DNA from: an uncultured Gammaproteobacteria bacterium
Lineage (GTDB): Bacteria; Patescibacteriota; Patescibacteriia; CAZGFX01
DNA: 64,000 nucleotides
Direction: 5' to 3'
Assembly (NCBI GenBank): GCA_964524845.1
Contig: CAZGFX010000001.1
Location: forward strand, 293,034 to 357,033
A model generated the notes under the pieces. That model had not been told where the DNA came from. It saw nothing but the letters and a program-made list of their open reading frames with translations, and searched no databases. The stretch's first letter is position 1. Each line of letters starts with the position of its first letter. A program made the translations under genes and the position numbers. Shown piece after piece: positions 57,506 to 64,000 of the stretch.

Positions 57506-58945
57506 ATGTCTACACAAATAAAAAATTTGTTTTTAAAAATATTTCCTGTTTGTTTAATTTTCGGTCTATTAACACAGATCACTCCTGTTTTTGCTGTTTC
57601 TACTATTGGGCAAAATATATCAACCGGTGGTAATTTAACCGTTGACGGAGGTTTCACACTTTCTGGAACCACAGCTGGTTCTTTGTTGTTTTCGGGTGCT
57701 GGAGGACTAATTTCACAAGATAATGCAAATCTTTTTTGGAATAATACAAATAATTGGCTTGGCATAGGAACAAACACACCTCAGTATGAGTTGGATGTTT
57801 TTCATACTGATAACGAACACGGTCAGATCCGTGCTAACAAAGGAACGTTTGGTGAACCTAATAATAATGACAATGATCTGATAATCGGATTTGATATGAT
57901 AGGCGGAGAAGTTGGTATGGATTGGAAAAAGAACGACGATCTTATTGTCGGAGTAAATGCAACTCAAACCGCTTATAAGTTTGGTGGATATCACAATGAT
58001 AAAGGTGTCTCTGTAAATTTAGTTACAGGTAATGTCGGTATTAGAACAACGACCCCGAATTCTTATTTCCAAGTTGTTACCGATGATGGAAGTTCATTAC
58101 TTGAGGTTGGTGGAGCCGCTGGTGCAAGAATTGTTAAATTAGGCGACATATCAGAAAATAGCTGGGGAACCAAATTAACAGTAGATGGTGAAGCAGGTGT
58201 ATCCTATTTTCAAAACGGCAATGTTGGGATTGGTAAAACAAACCCACAATCTAGCTTGGATATACTTGGTAATTTGCGTGTTGGTGGTGATGGGCACGAA
58301 GATGCTGCGTTTTCTGTTAAGGGTATAGTCGGTAAAAATATAGTAGCTAACTTTAGAGATAAAGATGGTGAGAATGTTTTTAAAACAGAAGGAAGTATCA
58401 GTGGAAATAGTCTTTTTGTAAGATTTGGTGATATGGATGAGGTTGGTAATGGTACAAGTTTCACAATAGATTATGCTAATGAACGTTTTCTTTTTAACAC
58501 TGGAAACGTCGGAATTGGAACTGCTAATCCTCTGTCACTTTTACACATCAAGGGTAGCGATATAATAACTAGATTTGAAATTACTAATAATAGTAGGGGT
58601 GGTGTATATATCGGTAATGGTGCCATGTTCTCAGGAGATGAGGCTGGTTTATATGACATGGGTAGTGATTTCCCTCTTGCTGTTTTTGATGCTGCAGATG
58701 ATACGGCTCATTATGGAAACATAATTATAGACAATGAAAAAGTTGGTATTGGCACAACTACTCCAGGAGAAAAATTAGAGGTAAATGGCGGAATAAAATA
58801 CAATACCGCGACAGCAAAACCAGTCTGTGATGCAACAACAAGAGGAACAACTTGGTTTACTCGAAGCGCCGCAGGAGTCAAAGATGCTTTTGAAGTATGT
58901 GCAAAAGACGCTGCCAATGCTTATGCATGGAGAATATTATATTAA
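57506..58945 (+). CDS. Secreted protein with repeated GNVGIGT(T/A)NP beta-helix-like (tail-fibre-like) motifs.
   Basis: Signal peptide. The motif recurs about 6 times (GNVGIRTTTPNS, GNVGIGKTNPQS, GNVGIGTANPLS, KVGIGTTTPGE). Confidence 0.6.
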   Translation: MSTQIKNLFLKIFPVCLIFGLLTQITPVFAVSTIGQNISTGGNLTVDGGFTLSGTTAGSLLFSGAGGLISQDNANLFWNNTNNWLGIGTNTPQYELDVFHTDNEHGQIRANKGTFGEPNNNDNDLIIGFDMIGGEVGMDWKKNDDLIVGVNATQTAYKFGGYHNDKGVSVNLVTGNVGIRTTTPNSYFQVVTDDGSSLLEVGGAAGARIVKLGDISENSWGTKLTVDGEAGVSYFQNGNVGIGKTNPQSSLDILGNLRVGGDGHEDAAFSVKGIVGKNIVANFRDKDGENVFKTEGSISGNSLFVRFGDMDEVGNGTSFTIDYANERFLFNTGNVGIGTANPLSLLHIKGSDIITRFEITNNSRGGVYIGNGAMFSGDEAGLYDMGSDFPLAVFDAADDTAHYGNIIIDNEKVGIGTTTPGEKLEVNGGIKYNTATAKPVCDATTRGTTWFTRSAAGVKDAFEVCAKDAANAYAWRILY

Positions 58946-58987
58946 TAAAAACGTAGGCTATAAAATTGAAATAATTAAACTGCTCTG

Positions 58988-60658
58988 ATGCAAAACAAAA
59001 TTAAAATATTATACGCAAGTGCGTTAATTATATTATTAATACCCTTTCAAGTGTTTGCGCTAAACGATGTACAAATAACTGCTTCGTTTGTTTTTGAATT
59101 AAAAACATCCGACACGATTGTTGACACAACAATAAACACGACTGCGACAGGACAAGTGACAAATTTTAACGTCAATTTAAATTACATTGATATCACACTT
59201 GATAATGCGTCAGAGGTTACATTTAACACCGCTGTTGGCGGACAGTATATTAAAATAACAAAACAATCCGGCTCAAATGATTATACCGTCAACCCAACAT
59301 GTCCGACAACGAGCGCGACACTGAGAGGAAATGGTGCGCAAGTTGTTTTACGATTAGAGGTTCTTACGACGAACTTATGCCCAAATTTTGCTCCTGTCGC
59401 ATCATCTGTAAATATAACAGGACTAACAAATATTGGTGCCATTCTTACAGGACATTACACTTATTCAGACGCTGACGGAGACAGCGAAGGCATATCTACT
59501 TTCAAATGGCTTCGTAATGGAAGCATTATTACTGGAGCCACATCCACTTCATATATGACTACACAGTCCGATAGTGGCGCAATCATAAAGTTCGAGGTTA
59601 CGCCAGTTGCTCTAACAGGTACCTCGCCAGGTACGTCAGTTCAAAGCAGTGGTCTCCAACTGAGTAGTAGTGGTGGCGGAAGCGGATCTGTTCCTTCTTC
59701 GTCTGTTGGTTCTGGCCAATCAAATTATTATATTGAGATGTTTAAACAAATAGCGCTTGGTCAAATCACAGAAAATGGCACAAATATTTTAGGATATGCT
59801 GGTTCAAGTTTTGTTTTTGATGTTGTTGTGAGTAAAAACCTAGAAATATCGCGACATCAAGTTGTTTTCGCTAATTTAGACATGTTAAAAAATGTTTTAA
59901 GAATAAACGTCTTCTCAACCCCTCAGGTGTTTGAATTGTTAATTGGAGAAGAAAAAAATATTGATTTAGATAATGATGGTATTCATGATGTTTCTGTTAA
60001 ATATAATAACTTGTTAGTTAACCGAGTTGATTTAACTGTAAAACAGCTAGTTTTTGACGAGAGTGGTTCGATAATTAAACAATTATCTTTTGAAGAAAAG
60101 GACTCATCGACAACAACTGATTCAAAAAAATATTGCGATCTTTTTACTAGAGATTTAAAAACAGGTATGATCGGAGAAGATGTCAAAGAATTACAAAAAT
60201 ATCTTAATAAAAATGGCTTCGTTCTTGCTAACTCTGGCCCCGGCTCAAAAGGCAATGAAACCACAACGTTCGGCGCACTCACTCGAGAAGCGCTCAAAAA
60301 ATTTCAAAGAACAAACGATCTTAATATCACTGGAATTTTTGATCTTAAAACAAGAGAGTATTTAGGATGCACGACAAATAATGTGTCCCAAAAAGAAACA
60401 GCGACAAGCAAATATATATTTACTAGAAATTTAAGCACCGGCACAATCGGAGAAGACGTCAAAGAATTACAAAAATATCTTAATGACAATGGCTTTGTTC
60501 TTGCTAATTCTGGACCCGGTTCAAAAGGCAATGAAACCACAAAGTTCGGCGCACTCACTCGAGAAGCGCTCAAAAAATTTCAGAAAAACAATAAGATTAC
60601 TCCAGCAAATGGATACTTTGGATCGGTTACAAAAGATTTTATAAATAATCAAAATTGA
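58988..60658 (+). CDS. Cell-surface protein with two C-terminal peptidoglycan-binding domains, paralogous to the C-terminal half of 22005..24848.
   Basis: Signal peptide. A Ser/Gly linker plus NILGYAGSSFVF...VNRVDLTVKQ domain shared with the 22005 gene. 2 x PGBD (GMIGEDVKELQKYLNKNGFVLANSGPGSKGNETT.FGALTREALKKFQ). Confidence 0.7.
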   Translation: MQNKIKILYASALIILLIPFQVFALNDVQITASFVFELKTSDTIVDTTINTTATGQVTNFNVNLNYIDITLDNASEVTFNTAVGGQYIKITKQSGSNDYTVNPTCPTTSATLRGNGAQVVLRLEVLTTNLCPNFAPVASSVNITGLTNIGAILTGHYTYSDADGDSEGISTFKWLRNGSIITGATSTSYMTTQSDSGAIIKFEVTPVALTGTSPGTSVQSSGLQLSSSGGGSGSVPSSSVGSGQSNYYIEMFKQIALGQITENGTNILGYAGSSFVFDVVVSKNLEISRHQVVFANLDMLKNVLRINVFSTPQVFELLIGEEKNIDLDNDGIHDVSVKYNNLLVNRVDLTVKQLVFDESGSIIKQLSFEEKDSSTTTDSKKYCDLFTRDLKTGMIGEDVKELQKYLNKNGFVLANSGPGSKGNETTTFGALTREALKKFQRTNDLNITGIFDLKTREYLGCTTNNVSQKETATSKYIFTRNLSTGTIGEDVKELQKYLNDNGFVLANSGPGSKGNETTKFGALTREALKKFQKNNKITPANGYFGSVTKDFINNQN

Positions 60659-60699
60659 TTTTGTTGAATTGTTGTCGTTTTAAAAAAAGATCAATTGGA

Positions 60700-60733
60700 A
60701 AAGCCACGAAACATTCTCGTGGCTTTTTGTTTA
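60700..60733 (+). terminator. Rho-independent terminator (AAGCCACGA-loop-TCGTGGCTT then TTTTGTTT).
   Basis: 9-bp stem with a T-run after 60658. Confidence 0.65.
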
Positions 60734-60740
60734 TAATTTT

Positions 60741-61721
60741 TTAACTGGGTTTCTTGAAAGTAACTTTGAAATTAAAATCACGTGTAATTGCGGCCGCGTA
60801 CATATGAGGTTTGTAAGTTACCCTCATATAAAACGTTGTTTCCGCAATCGTGCGATTCGCAATTGGCGAGAGCCTGAAAAACAGGACTACCTCGTTCCAA
60901 TTCGATGTCGGATACCCAGGGTTGTGTAATATTGCAACGGAATCAACTGTTGTCGTAGGCATTTGTGCGTACACGACACCACTTTGGTGCGATACATGCT
61001 CAATCGAAATCACGTTTTGCAAAGATTGACGAAACTGATCCTTGAGTCCCAGAAAAAAATGACGACTAATAAAGTAATCAGTCATGATCACAGTATCAGT
61101 AATCAAATTAATAATAGGATCGTTCCGCGTCTCCGCTACAATCGTCCAGGACGAATCGAAAAGCAATCGTTGAGGCTGAATAACCGTGGTACTTCTCCAA
61201 TAAGAACGCTCCTCATACTCATCTGTCGTACCGTTTTTTCTATACCTTACATTGACCCATGTACGAACAGTATTCTGGTTCGGATGTCTCGGATCACTTT
61301 TTATATTCTCGTGATACGGAACCCGCACACGATATGTTTTTCCAGGAACCAAATTTGGATTCATAACAGTGTCCATGACGATACCAAGTGGTTCAAATGT
61401 CGCTCCGAGAATCGTTCCGTCGATAATGTCCGCGGTTTTGAGAACAACGACTATCGTATTTTCTTGATAAATCGTATCAGTCTCAGCGTACTTCCCGTTC
61501 TCAAGAATAACCCCGTTCGAATCGGACTTCACGAATGCGAAATCGAATAAACCCGGATCTTTTTCTCCTCGTCCGTCACCGTCATCACAGCCAAATAATA
61601 ACAATATGCCAACAATTATAATAAATGTGGCGAATAACTTCTTAAAAAGTTGGCCGATCGGATTATAACGAAACATTCGTACTCCGATGACAATAATTAA
61701 AAGTGCCAATAAAGCTTTCAT
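60741..61721 (-). CDS. Hypothetical membrane-anchored secreted protein.
   Basis: 326 aa with an N-terminal TM helix. Confidence 0.5.
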   Translation of the reverse strand: MKALLALLIIVIGVRMFRYNPIGQLFKKLFATFIIIVGILLLFGCDDGDGRGEKDPGLFDFAFVKSDSNGVILENGKYAETDTIYQENTIVVVLKTADIIDGTILGATFEPLGIVMDTVMNPNLVPGKTYRVRVPYHENIKSDPRHPNQNTVRTWVNVRYRKNGTTDEYEERSYWRSTTVIQPQRLLFDSSWTIVAETRNDPIINLITDTVIMTDYFISRHFFLGLKDQFRQSLQNVISIEHVSHQSGVVYAQMPTTTVDSVAILHNPGYPTSNWNEVVLFFRLSPIANRTIAETTFYMRVTYKPHMYAAAITRDFNFKVTFKKPS

Positions 61722-61884
61722 GGTTCATCTCCTTCCCTGCTATGTGCAGTGGATTTTTTGTTTTAAATTAATTTGTTTTTATATATTTATCATATTATAT
61801 TACGACAAAACGTAATAGATGTCAATAGTTTGTAAGTGGCTTTACATAAGCTTTTTTGGTTTCACATAGTAAAATTTTTTGCAA

Positions 61885-61916
61885 CAAAATAAAAAGGCGT
61901 ACATAGTGTGTACGCC
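61885..61916 (-). terminator. Terminator (GGCGTACA-TAGT-TGTACGCC) with a T-run on the minus strand.
   Basis: 8-bp stem followed by TTTTTATTTTG on the minus strand, after gene end 61930. Confidence 0.6.
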
Positions 61917-61929
61917 AAAACAATATTTA

Positions 61930-62385
61930 TCAATTTTTCATCATTGGTTTGATTTCATAACTTACTTTCATTCCTGATGAAATCAATTTCTTTCCTTCTC
62001 GATGTTTTCGAATATCTGTTCCTTTATATTTTTCGGAGTATTTATCGATTGGAATAATAATTGTTAAACGATTTCCTTTGTTGATTGTTATATAATTTTT
62101 ACTGTTTTCATAACCAACGAGTGAATCGAGTATTGGAATTTTAACATTTGATACAAAAACATATTGTGTTAATTCCTTGTTTTCATCAGGAACAAAATCA
62201 CAAGAGATTTTGTAATATGCCTGTAATTTATCATCGATCGTTACTGAAAAGTTTTTGAGATCAAAACCTTCCGGTTTATAATCTCTTTCGGTTCCGAAAA
62301 CAAGAGCGAAAAGAATTCCAAAAAAAATTATAACCAGAACAGTAAATGAAATAATTTGCGCCCTGCCTTGATCTAAAGCTTTCAT
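61930..62385 (-). CDS. Hypothetical membrane-anchored protein.
   Basis: 151 aa with an N-terminal TM helix. Confidence 0.5.
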   Translation of the reverse strand: MKALDQGRAQIISFTVLVIIFFGILFALVFGTERDYKPEGFDLKNFSVTIDDKLQAYYKISCDFVPDENKELTQYVFVSNVKIPILDSLVGYENSKNYITINKGNRLTIIIPIDKYSEKYKGTDIRKHREGKKLISSGMKVSYEIKPMMKN

Positions 62386-62493
62386 GGTGTACTCCTTGTT
62401 CCGCCAAAGACGGTGTTTTTTTGTTTATTATGTTTGTTTTGGTTTGTTTTATATCATACTAATTTACAACATCTTTTATATAAAGTCAATAGC

Positions 62494-62538
62494 TTAAAAA
62501 CAAATAAAAAGGCCTGGTCTTTTAGGACCAAGGCCTTT
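62494..62538 (-). terminator. Terminator (AAGGCCTGGTC-loop-GACCAAGGCCTT) with a T-run on the minus strand.
   Basis: GC stem followed by TTTTTATTTGTTTTT on the minus strand, after gene end 62587. Confidence 0.6.
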
Positions 62539-62586
62539 GCCATACGTGTTTAGACGCACGGCTTTTTTGAAGAAAACACGACTTTC

Positions 62587-64000
62587 TTACTGGCGCCGGA
62601 AGTAGAATATAATGTACTTCTCGGGTATGGTACTGCCTGTACCACTCGCTTCTCTAAGCTGAGACAAGCGCATACGAATCTCAATCGCTTGTGTAGCTGG
62701 AGAAGAGATAAATCCGCCATTCAATGTGATGAAATACTTAATCACATTGGAAGAATCCAACACAAATGTGTTGTTCGCGCCCGGCGTATTCGTCGTAGCC
62801 ATCATGACCATTCGACTTATCGAGCTATCCCGCGCTCCGGTTTGAAGATTTATGAGTGTTGCACGGAAGTGCGAGATACTCGTATCCTTCAAGAAATTCC
62901 ATAACGAGTCAGGATCCGGAAGTAATGAGACGTACGAAGCTCCGCCATTATAACTGATGCCTTCGTAGTGTTGAATATTGAAGATACCCGTTGGAGAATC
63001 GTCTTCTGTAACTCTTACTGTATCTCCATTATTTGGAAGGTTTCCTACAAGCGGACCACCGGGATTTGAGCCATACGGATCACGAGTAACGAAGAAGCTT
63101 CCTTGATTTGTCAGCACCACCTGCTTCTGTCCGGAGTAATCCGGATAGCTCATAGTGATACTTGTGATCGAACCCGAGCGAACCGCGTTTACAGGAATTT
63201 GATTCGTATCAATCTTCACAGTAAGTGTGTTTCCACTCCATCGTACTACCGGCGTAATTCCGGTAATTGATACGGAAGCGGAAACAATCGTCGCATTCGG
63301 TACAGCCATTGCTCCATCAAGAAGAGTCACAATACTTGAGAACGACGTCGTATCCGAAGAGTTCAACACCTTAAGCGTCTTCCCTTCGAATCCGAGAATG
63401 TCCGTTCCATCAGGTGAATAATTATCACCATCAGTTACTGGACGAAGGAGCGTACTCGAACTAAATGATTTCGTACGTGTATCCCCAAGTTCCGTCCATG
63501 AAACAACTAGATTGTAATTCATCGTGACCGCCCCACTAACTTGTGCAGACGTGTAAGTAAACTTAAACGATGGAAGCGTAGTCACTCCGAACAATATAGG
63601 TGAAACGCCAGAAGCGCTTGCAGTACCGTTAATGTTCGTGATCGCAACACCCTGTCCTGTTATGGAGTCCGTAAGAGAAATCGCTCCACCTACATCACTT
63701 AATGTTGTCGGCAACGAAATGAAACTCGCCGGCATAGAGTTTGATGCGATGATTGGATTCAACGTGTACAGGTAACTTCGCGGATATCCAGCAAAATCAT
63801 AATTCTGTGGAGACACATGAGCGATGAGCCCTGTATAATCCACATACGTTCCCGTAACTCCGTTTAACCGGAGCGTAACTGGACCCGCGTTCAACACAGA
63901 TGACTGAATAGTATACACAATACGGTTTCCGGAAATTAACTGGTGTGTGACCACCGTACTAGGCTGACCAACAACACCAATAGATCCGATATCCGTAAGC
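62587..64000 (-). CDS. Large Thr/Ser/Asn/Gly-rich surface protein, 5'-partial (N-terminus beyond window end).
   Basis: The open frame continues past position 63954 to the window edge. The Ig-like repeat composition resembles that of the other surface proteins here. Confidence 0.55.
   Translation of the reverse strand, partial: LTDIGSIGVVGQPSTVVTHQLISGNRIVYTIQSSVLNAGPVTLRLNGVTGTYVDYTGLIAHVSPQNYDFAGYPRSYLYTLNPIIASNSMPASFISLPTTLSDVGGAISLTDSITGQGVAITNINGTASASGVSPILFGVTTLPSFKFTYTSAQVSGAVTMNYNLVVSWTELGDTRTKSFSSSTLLRPVTDGDNYSPDGTDILGFEGKTLKVLNSSDTTSFSSIVTLLDGAMAVPNATIVSASVSITGITPVVRWSGNTLTVKIDTNQIPVNAVRSGSITSITMSYPDYSGQKQVVLTNQGSFFVTRDPYGSNPGGPLVGNLPNNGDTVRVTEDDSPTGIFNIQHYEGISYNGGASYVSLLPDPDSLWNFLKDTSISHFRATLINLQTGARDSSISRMVMMATTNTPGANNTFVLDSSNVIKYFITLNGGFISSPATQAIEIRMRLSQLREASGTGSTIPEKYIIFYFRRQ

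Overview
This is an AT-rich, gene-dense bacterial fragment. The gene content and style fit a small-genome Patescibacteria/CPR-like organism: short housekeeping genes, many secreted or cell-surface proteins (two with tandem peptidoglycan-binding domains), and tRNA genes that all encode their 3' CCA. I could support about 60 protein genes, including trmB, uppP, typA/bipA, yifB/comM-like, hup, an ECF sigma/anti-sigma pair, a RelE/antitoxin pair, a histidine kinase and an MFS transporter. Partial giant Cys-rich or surface proteins run off both window ends. There are nine tRNA genes: Leu-CAG, Pro-GGG, Pro-CGG, Pro-TGG, His-GTG, Arg-TCT, Ser-CGA, Ser-GGA and Ile-TAT. I saw many rho-independent terminators, often perfect palindromes acting in both directions between convergent genes.

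The most unusual feature is a dispersed, tandemly amplified composite repeat on the 5' flank of seven of the nine tRNA genes, and on the 3' flank of tRNA-Pro(GGG). Each module has an AT-rich promoter-like spacer of about 55 bp. Next comes a GC-rich hairpin with a conserved stem (GGTAACCCGCCCCGC, a variable loop, then GCGGGGAG, or a GCCCTG...CAGGGC variant). The module ends in an exact copy of the first 11-17 nt of that particular tRNA. On the tRNA-Pro(GGG) 3' flank the copy is the last 13 nt of the tRNA plus 9 nt of flank. These hairpins in turn carry site-specific insertions of 26-bp CG-centred perfect palindromes at the same stem position (CCCCG^CA). No integrase, transposase, CRISPR or rRNA is present. 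The repeat system looks like a novel tRNA-end-targeting miniature mobile, recombination or regulatory element.
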